A stretch of 64,000 nt of DNA, from positions 26,102,001 through 26,166,000 of the forward strand of contig NC_047017.1 in assembly GCF_902652985.1 (NCBI RefSeq). The letters are read 5' to 3'. Position numbers and translations under genes: made by a program. The notes under the pieces are model-generated. The model was not told the DNA's origin. It was given only the letters and a program-made list of their open reading frames with translations, and searched no databases. Numbering within the stretch: position 1 is the first letter of the stretch; every line of letters starts with the position of its first letter. Origin of the DNA: Pecten maximus. Its lineage: Eukaryota. Positions 13,944-26,200 of this stretch are shown here, in pieces.

Positions 13944-16204
13944 ATCGTAAGCTGTCAAAACCAATAACCCGTCATTAATTAACAGATCAAGCACTAATAA
14001 ATGTATTTATAGTGGGGGCTAATACAAACTTCCGATACGTGTTCCATCCACGTGCTTGCGTTCTATATTGAGACTAACTAGCTTGAATTGAGTATCCGGT
14101 TACTCCTCAATTATAATGGCTGATGTAAATTATGTATAATTGTGTAATGACGTACTTAGGCCAGATAGGATGAACGAATTGTCCATATTTTGTTCTTATT
14201 ATAATCATTTTAAAATGTATTGTTAAACAATTAATAAGTCAACAAATTGAGAAGACAATAAATACGTTGAAAAGGAACAAGAAATGCTCGTCCCATCATC
14301 AAATACCTGATGCATGTATCAACTGACACTCGATATCAATATATATTTCATCACAGCCCATCAAAAATAAAGTATTTTGAACTTATTTTCGACTCAGGCT
14401 ACACATGTAATATGAATAACCACTTTATTACAAGAAAAAATAGTTCACAGTAAGCTCTCTATTATTTTAAGATAAGAGTATTTTTGGGGGAAATGTAATC
14501 CAAAGTTTTCTTGAAATTTAGCATTATAAACATTATTTAAATATGGACTAAATTGACCGGTTTTTTTTTCTGTTTAACCTTCTAACCGAAGTTTGATTGA
14601 TACTCGTAATGCAATATTTTGCACTTTTCTTTCATGCTGCCCTTTGAATGGAGAAAATAAACTTTTTGAAGATTGATTAGCACTAAGCAGTTGTGGAATA
14701 GCACAACGCACCAAAGCATCATGCGCACATCGCACACCATGTACTGTTTAGCGATCTCGACACTGTGGTTAACCTACCAATTATTATTATGGTACTCTAA
14801 TGAGTTAACATGTAATTCAAGCGTCCTCTCCTATCATATGTCCGGCGGCTGTTCTGAGGATTAATGAGATGTAATCGTCCACTCGTGGCGTGATGTTGAA
14901 CAACACATGCTGCCTTATTAGACGCATTTAAGCTGGTAATTACAAGTTTTTTTGAAGGTCAGCTGTAATATACCGCCGGCGACAGTGATGTGATGTGGTA
15001 TTTCCAAAGCTGCTTAACTGTGGACATTTCAGCATGCTTTAGGCGACGTATATCAAGTGTAATCGTCTTCTTTAGATGTCCAGGACAATACATTGATAGT
15101 TAGAGAATATTACATAGCGCACGGCACCATTATTTAAATAACCTTGACCTTTCAGATGTTATGCCTTTTGGACAAAACATGTGTATACAGTACACCAACA
15201 ATGAATCATCTGAATGGATAGAATATGGATAGATAGCTTTTTATTAGTGAAAACTCAAAGTCAAATGCAGAAGTTTTTGAATATATATTTATATACATAT
15301 ATTATCGTAAATGGTGATTACTAAATACAGAATATGTAACATGAATACTGCATTCTAATTGTTCTGTTTACAGTAGATCGACAGCCTGTTGTAAAGTTTA
15401 CAAAAAAGGATTAAAACCCTTATTTCATTCGTTGCCAATCACATTTACCAATACGGTCTATGATATTCATTTCGGAAACAACCCTACACGAAATAGAGAG
15501 TGAGGCAGTGTCAAGAAATTTGCTTGCGTGATTGTTGGTTGGCATAGCGGTAACATACTTGCCCTGCTCCTAGATGTTCGATTACCCGATCGGGGTATAT
15601 GGTTGCCTGCCCAGCTTCTTAAACATTAGGACCCCTCGCGCACTTCCGCCGCGGCCAACATGAGTGATGTTGGCCTAACTTGTCTCGCAATTGTAAAATG
15701 AATAAAGTTTATGTTAATTACATGCAGTTGCCTTACTTTAAGGTTAGGACGTCAAAATTCTTGATTGAGCAAAAAAGGTCGAAGAGGCAATATTGTAGCT
15801 TTTGTGCGTTTGTTGTATATTTGTAAGTAACATAAGCCATCCTTCAATAAAATGCTCGGGAATGATTTACACCATTTAATCAGATTGGTCTGTGACGTTT
15901 GTGTGGAAAGATATATTCAGTGGCACACTATTATTCAAATTTGAAAACGGAACACACAATACAAAACTTTATGTTTGATCAGCAAAATAAAAATGTATAG
16001 AGTGAAGAGAAGGGTTATACAAAAAAATAATAAATTAACTTTTTTGTGTCAATGACCTTGAAATAACTCAATACTTTTATTTTATTGGTCTTATGTTATA
16101 ATTTATGTTATAAATAGCTATTACAATTACATGCAGTGATGGAATATCGTTATGAAAATATATCCATAGACTCCGCCTGTCATTTCCACAGTCTACTCAC
16201 GGGA

Positions 16205-16855
16205 TTACTTCGAAAGACGATGACCTTTAACCGCGGGTCCGATGACTTTGAACATAGATCCATATGATTGATAAAGTTGTAACATAGCTCGTCCAGATCT
16301 TCTCCCTCAAAACAACAGGAAGTTGTTCTTTGTACAGGGATGATTACTTACCTCAGCTGTTGATTAGCGCACGTTCATTTTTTTTTAATATTTTTTTATT
16401 TTATTTTTTAAAATCTTTTACAATATTTATTACTGCCAGAACTTGCTATACTTAGTCATTGTCTGCATCACATTTATATTTATTAATGATGGCGATATTT
16501 CTGTCCTACAACATATATACATATTAAATATAATTTAATGATTTGATTAGTAAATTGAATCCTACAAAGACTTTAAATTGTAAGTGATACCTACAATATA
16601 ACATATGGTTTCGCCGATACAAATATACTGTAAACATTGTGTGAAACGGCATTACGGACAGATAATGTAAACGTGCTTACTAGCTCGTCATAAGGATACA
16701 AAGGAACCTGGATATTAACTGTGTTACCTGTGACGGGGTCATAGCAGATGACATTTCGAGCTCCAAAACAGGCTGCCCAGAGGTGTCCGTCTGGTTATCC
16801 CGTCGTTATATTTTATAAGGGACACTGTAAAAATTAGTGATATCCCGTCTTCCAG
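16205..16855 (-). pseudogene. Decayed regucalcin exon-5-like (~16205-16360) and exon-4-like (~16728-16855) remnants
   Basis: ACATAGCTCGTCC..AAAACAACAGGAAGTTGTTCTT..CAGGGATGATTACTT resembles exon 5. TTACCTGTGACGGGGTCATAGCAGATGAC..AAACAGGCTGCCCAGAGGTGTCCGTCTG resembles exon 4 with its donor. Both carry deletions. Confidence 0.8.
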
Positions 16856-17294
16856 GTAATACTAGGATAACATGTTAAACTTACATAATGGGTAGTTCAT
16901 GTGGTTACGTGTTCAATCGGCCTCTCGAAAAAATATTTTGAAAGTGAACTAAGTCCGAGTATGACTTCACGGTTTATCAAAAGTAATTGATAAAACAATC
17001 CCAACAAAAACAACCTAAAAGATAATAAAAGTTTCCATCCTTGTTCCCTCCTTAGTCCTGACTGTTTCGAACTCCAACTGTTGTCAGCTTGTTTCTGAGT
17101 CTTACATATCATAGTGGTAACAAAAACCAACACATAGAGTTAATAGTCAAAATACACAAACTGACATATATTATTTCTCATGTATTTGCAACAGTACATA
17201 TACATGATGATTATGCTTGACATGTGTGATTAATATGATTATCTAAGTAAGTACGCATTCGTATGGTTACATAACGAAGAAGAAATCTCCAAGA

Positions 17295-20200
17295 TTACAG
17301 TCCACTCGTGGCAATACTCCGGTAAACGTTGGCAGGGTAACCTTTAACCCCAAGTTCCGTGACTTTGAATACTGATCCAGATAAGGGATATTTGTTTAAT
17401 TCGTCTTCTAGAGCCCCCAACGTCGCAGTAGTGACATATAGCTCGTCCATATGTTTTCCTCCAAAACAACAGGAAGTTGTTCTTGGTGCAGGGATGGTTA
17501 CTTCTCTTAGCTTTGTACCTATTAAACAGGAAAGTACTTTTTTTTTTCAAGAAATTAAATTTTTTTCAAACAATATTTTACACTTCCAACACTTGATGCA
17601 GTTGTTAGGGGATATTCCGTTGGTAGTGTGTACCTCAACTCGTTTCAATAAGTAACCTTCCAAAGTTTAAACATTATTCAAATACCTATCACATAAAAAT
17701 GTTCTTTTCATGTGATCAAACATGTAGTAAAGGATTCTGTTTAAGGAACTGCAATCTATCAAATTTTAAATCAATATGTAATGATATGACAAAAAAAAAA
17801 AAAAAATACTTTGACACACTGACCAGACTGTATTACAGTGAAGCCTTGTCATTACGATTTGGCACGATGTTACCTGTAACGGGATCAAAGCTGATGACCT
17901 TTCCAATTCCGAAACAGGCTACCCACAGGTGTCCATCTGTGTCCATTGTCATTCCATCTGGCCAACCCATTGTATCTTTATCCGGGAAATTGTTGAAATT
18001 TACGGCATCCCGTCTATCACATACTAGGTAAAACTACGACTTTAGATAAGTAAAAATCGGATCGGTAAACACATGTGACCGTGTGGTGGCTTATGCTAGT
18101 CGAGGGTTAAGACCTACAGAGAAATTATACCCGGCACATAAGTTGGAGTTCCTGTGTCTTAAGTGGGCAGTAACAGAGAAGTTTAAGGACTATCTCTATG
18201 GTCAACAGTTTGATGTGTATACTGACAACAACCCTTTGACATATGTCACTTCTTCTGCAAAGTTGGATGCAACAGGTCACCGATGGGTTGCAGAGTTGGC
18301 CAATTACTCATTCAAGTTGCTTTATCGTTCAGGTAAGGTTAACAAAGATGCAGACGGTTTGTCACGTAGACCAGTTGATACTGAGTGTGTTTTTCCAGAT
18401 GTGGTTAAGGCAGTATGTCACGCCGCTTCTGTGAATAGGAGTTGTCTACCTTTGGTCGAGAGTTTGGTTATAACAAATTCAGTGCAAGGCACAGTTGATG
18501 ATGTTGGCTGTAGTGGTTTCAGTCAGGTTGACTGGGTGAAGGAGCAGTTAGCTGATGCTGATGTAAATAGAGTTGTACTGCTGTTAAGCTCTGGTGTTGA
18601 GTTGTCAGGTAAACAGTTAGAAAAGGAATCCGTAGCTGTTAGAAAGTTAGTAAGAGAAAGGAAACGCTTACAAATTCAGGATGGTGTTCTGTATCACGTA
18701 GTTGTGGTTGATGGTATTAGAGTAAAACAGATTGTTGTTCCCAAGAATATGAGGTCCAGTGTGTTTGAAGGCTATCATGATAATCAAGGTCATCAGGGTA
18801 GAGATAGGACTTTGTCTTTGCTAAAGGCAAGATTTTACTGGCCAGGTATGGATACTGATGTTGAGTCAAGAGTCAGGTCATGTGATCGCTGCATTAGGCG
18901 TAAAACTCCTGTCACTAAGAGAGCAAAGTTGGTTGACATAGTCACATCGGAACCTATGGAATTGGTTTGTATGGATTTTCTCTCGCTAGAGTCATGTAAA
19001 GGTGGTGTTGAAGACGTTCTAGTAATAACGGACCATTTTACTAGGTTTGCTCAGGCAATACCTACCCGTAACCAGCGTGCTAGTACAGTAGCCAAAGCCT
19101 TATTTGACAACTTTGTGGTGCATTATGGGTTTCCAGCTAGGTTACATAGTGACCAAGGTCGAAACTTTGAGTCAAAGGTCATTAAGGAACTGTGTGAACT
19201 TACAGGGATTAGGAAAACCAGGACGACCCCATTTCATCCAGAGGGGAATGGGATGACAGAGAGGTTTAATAAGACTTTACTTAAGATGCTAGGTACATTA
19301 GATGAGGAACAGAAACGAGATTGGAAGACGTATGTTCCAAGTTTGGTCCATGCTTACAATGCCGCGTCTCATGACAGTACGGGTTATTCCCCTTTCTATT
19401 TAATGTTTGGGAGGTATCCTCGATTAGCAGCCGATGCAGGTTTTGGTCTTAATGAAGGCAAATTTGACCAATTTCAGCCTAAGACTGATTATGTGGAAAA
19501 ACTGAAGTCGAGACTACAGTTTGCATACAAGACAGCATCAAAACATGCTAAAAAGTCGGCTGATAGGTACAAAAGTCATTATGATGTCAACGTCAGGGAC
19601 TCCGTTCTTCAGCCTGGGGACCGGGTGTTGGTGAGGAATGTCAATCTCAAAGGTAGGAATAAATTAGCAGATAAGTGGGAAAGAATTCCTTATAAAGTAT
19701 TGTCGAAACCTCATTCTGAAACTCCAGTGTATAGGGTTAGAGTAGAACATGGAAAAGGTAGGGTACGAACACTACATAGGAATATGCTTCTTCCATATAC
19801 TGGTTCAGAGGTTGTCGGTCCAGAAGGTCAAGGTCATTCAAAGCTCAAGGTCAAGTCCAAGGTCGTGTCAAAAACTAGGGAAGGAAATGATCAAACTCGT
19901 AGGGATGAGGATTCTTCATGCAGTTCTGATTCTGATTCAGACAGGGTGTATATTTCTAGGCCTGTGACTAGAGGGAGGTTGAATCCTAGAGCTGGAGAGT
20001 TTGTTTCAAGGACTTTGTTAGATAATTTCAATTCGGGTAGTTCTGACATGTCAAATTTAGTGTCTAATGTTGGGCTGAACCAGAGCAGAAATACTGTTTC
20101 TGACAGTGTAAATATTAGTGGTGGTGAGTTATCTAGATGTCATGTTAGTGTTGATCAAACTGTAGGTAGTGGGCGAGTTGCCTCCCCTTGTCTGCCAGAG

Positions 20201-23200
20201 GTTGTTCCTGTGGTGCCACATGCGGAGGAGCCACCACAGTTGAGGAGATCCTGCAGAAACAGGAAGTTACCACAGAGGTTTGACCAGTTCGTAATGGAAC
20301 AGATTGTGGAGAATGACTGGTTGTTAGTGTGAAAATTGTAATGTTGATATTTGTTTTCCCGATTTGTTTGCATTTTGTACATATTTCTATTTTCCATTGA
20401 TATAAGAATTTGTTTTGCTTACAGGTTCTTCAGATAGTATATGAATTTATTTTAGCTTGTGGTTATTTGAATATCCCTTATTGGTTTTATTAATCATTAT
20501 GAGTTTCATTGCAGATTTGACTTTAATACATTGATTGAGATTAAAATGTGTTGATACATTGATTGAGATTAAAATGTGTTGATACAAATTAATGTTTTCC
20601 AATTTCAGGATATGTAACCATACAGACTTGATCTTGTTTGGTTTCAGGTTTCTTTGGAGCAAAGTATTGACAATTATTTGATTAATTGCACTACATTTAT
20701 AAGTATTGATTCATTGGATACTACAGCATTCATATTTTGTTGTATTTTGATCTCTTTCTGAAATTTCAGGGTTTCATTAACTAGATAATTGTTTTGACTT
20801 TGTTTCAGGGTTGAATTAATTTTGATATTTTTGTAATTGAGGTTACTTGTCAGTTTCCTAGGTGAAATGCCGGGACGACATTTACCCGACAGGGAGAGAA
20901 TGTCACCGGTACAAGTATGGGGCTAATTAAATATTTGTATATATGATTTACAAATATGTATGTGTCGTCGAGTTACTTGTATTGTGGAAAGTACCTTGTC
21001 TATTTATATATTTATAGTAACGTCTGTATCTTGTCTGTAGTTCAGGTGGTCGTCTCGTGATTGTCCTTATTTAGTCTTGTTTGTGTCTTATATGTAAATT
21101 AGGGTGTGAAAGTGTGGAAAAGCGTGCAAGAGTGAGAGAACGTTAGATAAAACTCCATAACTCGCTGCGAATCATCGCAGTTGCCATTTAACCGTTGGCT
21201 GAGACGTATCCTCCGGGGTCCAGCAACTACTACCTTACGATGTATTATACGACGTGACACTATTTCACCAGACTGCTGAAGTCTTGGAAGGTATATATAC
21301 TATACAGAATTCGTATTTACCGTGTAATAGATATTTATTGAATATCAACATTAAGCACGTATTCGTATACACGTAGTATTAGCCGGTATATATTGATATA
21401 TACCGTATATACATTGTACTTAGTCCGGCTGTTTTTATGTTTCAGGGGTTTTTATGTTTGTACGTCTGGAAATGTCTCCGGTTACTAAATAAATAAAGAA
21501 CCGGCAGGAATTTGGGAGTTTGTTATTATGTCCCGCATTTTCTTCCTGTGACATTTGGCGCCCACGTAGGGACCGGAGTTCGACGACGATACCCCAGTGT
21601 TTTGGAAAATGGTTCCCGACGATATAAAACAACCATGTAGCTACGTTTTACAGTCCTCATATTGTCGAACACAGGAATTTTGTCAACAAGGTATATTTTC
21701 AACTTTAATTCTACGACCAGGCCGTCGTGTGTAAACTGCCATGGATAGGATATTTCTACACGTGTATACCGTACGGAATTCAAGCACATGTGCGACAGCG
21801 TCAGGATTCGTCTTAAAGCGTCTCGGCGACTAGGAACTCTCATCAACCGGAAGGAGAACTGTGAACGTATAGACAGTAAATTTCATACGAACTCTTTGTT
21901 TTGTGAAACTATTGTATATTTCATAGAATTGCCGGATGGTAGGTGTTGGTTTTAGGTTTTGAAAGCTATAGTCTATTGTTAAGACGTTTGACGAGACTGA
22001 GACAGTTTGACTGACTGATATATAAACGTGTTTTGAACGCGTGCACAGTTTCGCTCCGTCGTCAGCGTGTTGCCACTATTGGTGAATGAGAGAGTATTGA
22101 GGGTATTGGGTGTAGTATATTTATCCTTGTTATATGTTTCATGTTACATGTTATATGTTGCATTTCATTATGTGTTTCACTCTGTGTTTATATGTTTTCT
22201 CAATTAATATAACCAGTTTTCGTTTGACAGGTGAAATATTATGGGAATAGGTGGTTTGTTAATAACACTGTGTATTATTGCATGTTTGCCTAACACTTTC
22301 AGCTCTTATAGGTATCACAAGCAAAGTGTTGAGATGGCTACGGAACAGACACAGGCCCAGGATGGTGCAGTGGCTGTAGATCCTGAGCTGGAGGTGAGTA
22401 GGATGATTGATGCTTTGTCAAAGCTCAGGTATAGAGTTGTGACAGAGGAAGAGTATAAAAGTTTGGCATCTAAGAAGCTAGAGTTCAACCCTCCTGGTGA
22501 TAAAACCAGTACGCCAAAGCCTATAGTCAGGGATCGGATAGGTAGAGGTAGGGCTAGGTCACTAGATTATACTTTGAAGGATTTCAAGGAGGAACCTCGT
22601 AGTGTAGGTATAACTAGATCGACCCTCAGTACGGGCCAGCTTGACTCAAACTTGGGGCGAATCCCCAAGATTCCAACATTTAGTGGCCAGGAACAAAAGA
22701 GCGATGTCAGCTTTAATGTATGGAGGTATGAGGTGCGTTGCCTGTTAAAGGACGTTAGTCTCCCTGAGACGGTGCTGTTACAAGCGATAAGGCAGTCCTT
22801 AAAAGGTACAGCTCGAGAGATGCTGATACCCTTAGGGGAAACTGCAACAGGTACTGCAATCCTGAGCAAACTAGAAGGATTGTATGGTAATGTTGAGACG
22901 GATGAAGCGACTCTTCAAAAATTCTATACAGAATCCCAACAAGAAGGTGAGTCAGTAACGGCTTATGCCTGTAGGTTGGAGACTCTACTCCACGCTTCCA
23001 TAGAGAGCGGATATATAGATAGGGTAGCCAAGGAAACTATGCTACGGTCGAAGTTTTGGACTTCTTTAAATGAAAGGTTGAAAACGCAAACTAGAAATAA
23101 GTATGAGACTATCAAGTCATTTGATATGCTAGTACGAGAGGTCAGGGCCATTGAGTTAGAGTTGACAAATAATGACAAAGTGAAAAGTTCTGCCAAGAAA

Positions 23201-26200
23201 GGTCAACATCAGCCCGTTCATGCTGAACAGATGCAAAGCAAAATCGAAATTATGGCTGAACAGCTCACGACATTGTGTGAGAAAATAAAGGACCTAGATT
23301 CTAAGGTGATTGGGTTACAGTCTAACAGTAGGAATTCAAACAATTCTAATAATTCCAGATCAGGCAGACAGAACAGGCAGCAGAACAATTCAGGACCACA
23401 GAGAAATGACAACTCAACTGGGAAGGGAAAAGCATCTGGACAACAGCCAAAAGATTAGCCTCCACTATTTCAGGGCAGATGGGGGGAGGCAATCAGGTAA
23501 GCCCTAATAAGTTGAACAGTGTTAGATTTAAACAGGCTTTAATTGGCAGTGCTAATGAGGCTACTTTGGAAGTTTGTGGTATCAAAACTTTGTGTTTGGT
23601 AGATACTGGGTCAATGGTGTCGACTTGTAGTAAGACATTTTTTGAACGGTTACCAGGTAGTCAGTTACTGTCATTAGTAGATTTTGGACTTGATTTGTAC
23701 TGTGCAGATGGAAGTTCTATGCCTTACTTAGGTTACTTTGAGGCAGATATTTTGTTGTCGAGCTTAAATCAGGAAGCGCCAGTGAAGATTCCTGTGTTAG
23801 TGGTACCAGATACTGCTTATAATAGTAGAGTGCCTTTGGTGATTGGTACCAATGTATTGAACCTGTTTGAGGAAGGTGAGGTAAGGGATAGTAGAGAAGC
23901 TAGGATATGGAGACAGGCATTGAAGAGTTTGTCTGGTCAGTTGAACGTCAAAACCACCAATAGAACCTCGTTCAGTATTGGTCCTGGGCAGAGTAGGGTC
24001 ATTCATGGACTTGTACGTAACAAGGATAGGCAGGATGTAGTGATTGTTGAGTCTTGTTCGGATTCTCCTCAGGGATTAATGGTATGTCCTAGATTAGTTA
24101 AGTTAGAGCCAGGGAATACAGACAGGATTCCAGTTAGGGTATGTAACATTACAGCTCACCCTGTACAAATAAGGCCTAGGTCTGTACTCTGTTCTGTGCA
24201 TGAGGCTAGAGTAGTGGAACATTGGGATCCAGCTGGTGATCAGGATAGTATTTCGGATACTGAGTCTGAGGATGGTCTAGATTTTGAGGGCTTAGGAATT
24301 AAGCTTAACACTGAGAGTTTAAACCCGGATGAGCTGAAGGAAGCTAAGGGTATGTTGGGCAATTGGAAATCTTTATTTTCAACTAGTCAGTTTGATATTG
24401 GCCGTGCAGACTTGGTTAAACACCAGATTAAGCTGATGGACGAAAAACCGTTCAGGTTACCATACAGAAGAATTCCACCTGCGATGTATGAGGAGGTGAG
24501 AGATCATTTAAGGGATCTTAAAGCTTCAGATGTGATTGAGGATTCTAGTTCTCCATATGCTTCGAATGTAGTTCTTGTTCGCAAAAAGAATGGACAGTTG
24601 AGATTTTGTATCGATTTTCGTACATTGAATTCAAAGACTGTGAAAGATCAGTACTGTCTTCCTAGAACCGACCAGGTGTTGGATTGTTTGGTAGGATCCA
24701 AGTATTTCTCTAAGTTGGATTTAAGAGCTGGTTATTATCAGGTTGAGGTAGATGAGAAAGATAAAGAGAAAACTGCTTTCTCGGTAGGCCCACTAGGGTT
24801 TTACCAGTTCAAACGCATGCCTTTCGGGTTGTGTAATGCGCCCTCTACTTTTCAAAGGTTAATGGAGCGTTGTCTGGGCAATATGAACTTGGTCGAATGC
24901 TTGATATTTCTGGATGATATTCTGGTTTTCTCTAAGACGTTTAAGGAACATTTAGAAAGGTTGGAAGGTGTGTTTCAGAAGTTACAAGCTCATGGTCTGA
25001 GACTTAATCCCACAAAGTGCGAATTTTTCAAAATCAGTGTACAATATCTAGGTCACATTATAAGTGAGCATGGGATTGGAGCTGATCCAGAGAAAATAGA
25101 AGCATTGAAATCTTGGAAACCATGTAGTTCAGTGAAAGAGGTTAGGACATTTTTAGGATTTACTGGCTACTATAGAAAGTTTGTTAAGGACTATGTAAAG
25201 ATAGTCAGACCTTTAAATGACTTGCTAATAGGTCACCCTACGGCCAAGGTCAAGGGGAGGTCAAAGGTCGAGAAAATCCCATTTGTGTGGAGCGATGATT
25301 GTCAAGCTGCATTCGATGTGTTGATAGAGAAACTTACCACTCCACCTGTGTTAGCATACGCAGATTTTACTAAGCCGTTTCGGTTGAACATAGATGCTTC
25401 TCATGATGGGTTGGGAGCTGTGTTGTATCAGAACCAAGACGGTCATGACCGTGTGGTGGCTTATGCTAGTCGAGGGTTAAGACCTACAGAGAAATTATAC
25501 CCGGCACATAAGTTGGAGTTCCTGTGTCTTAAGTGGGCAGTAACAGAGAAGTTTAAGGACTATCTCTATGGTCAACAGTTTGATGTGTATACTGACAACA
25601 ACCCTTTGACATATGTCACTTCTTCTGCAAAGTTGGATGCAACAGGTCACCGATGGGTTGCAGAGTTGGCCAATTACTCATTCAAGTTGCTTTATCGTTC
25701 AGGTAAGGTTAACAAAGATGCAGACGGTTTGTCACGTAGACCAGTTGAAACTGAGTGTGTTTTTCCAGATGTGGTTAAGGCAGTATGTCACGCCGCTTCT
25801 GTGAATAGGAGTTGTCTACCTTTGGTCGAGAGTTTGGTTATAACAAATTCAGTGCAAGGCACAGTTGATGATGTTGGCTGTAGTGGTTTCAGTCAGGTTG
25901 ACTGGGTGAAGGAGCAGTTAGCTGATGCTGATGTAAATAGAGTTGTACTGCTGTTAAGCTCTGGTGTTGAGTTGTCAGGTAAACAGTTAGAAAAGGAATC
26001 CGTAGCTGTTAGAAAGTTAGTAAGAGAAAGGAAACGCTTACAAATTCAGGATGGTGTTCTGTATCACGTAGTTGTGGTTGATGGTATTAGAGTAAAACAG
26101 ATTGTTGTTCCCAAGAATATGAGGTCCAGTGTGTTTGAAGGCTATCATGATAATCAAGGTCATCAGGGTAGAGATAGGACTTTGTCTTTGCTAAAGGCAA

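Noticed and set aside
17295-17306. C-terminal SGL as a peroxisomal targeting signal
   Set aside because: Lacks the basic middle residue of the PTS1 consensus.
18083-20332. Domesticated stand-alone integrase gene
   Set aside because: Nearly identical to the adjacent pol, begins at a deletion junction with GTG, and differences are mostly non-synonymous.
24905-24920. FLDD instead of YxDD as an inactivating RT mutation
   Set aside because: Both catalytic Asp residues are present and aromatic substitution at this position is tolerated in RT families. The ORF is intact.
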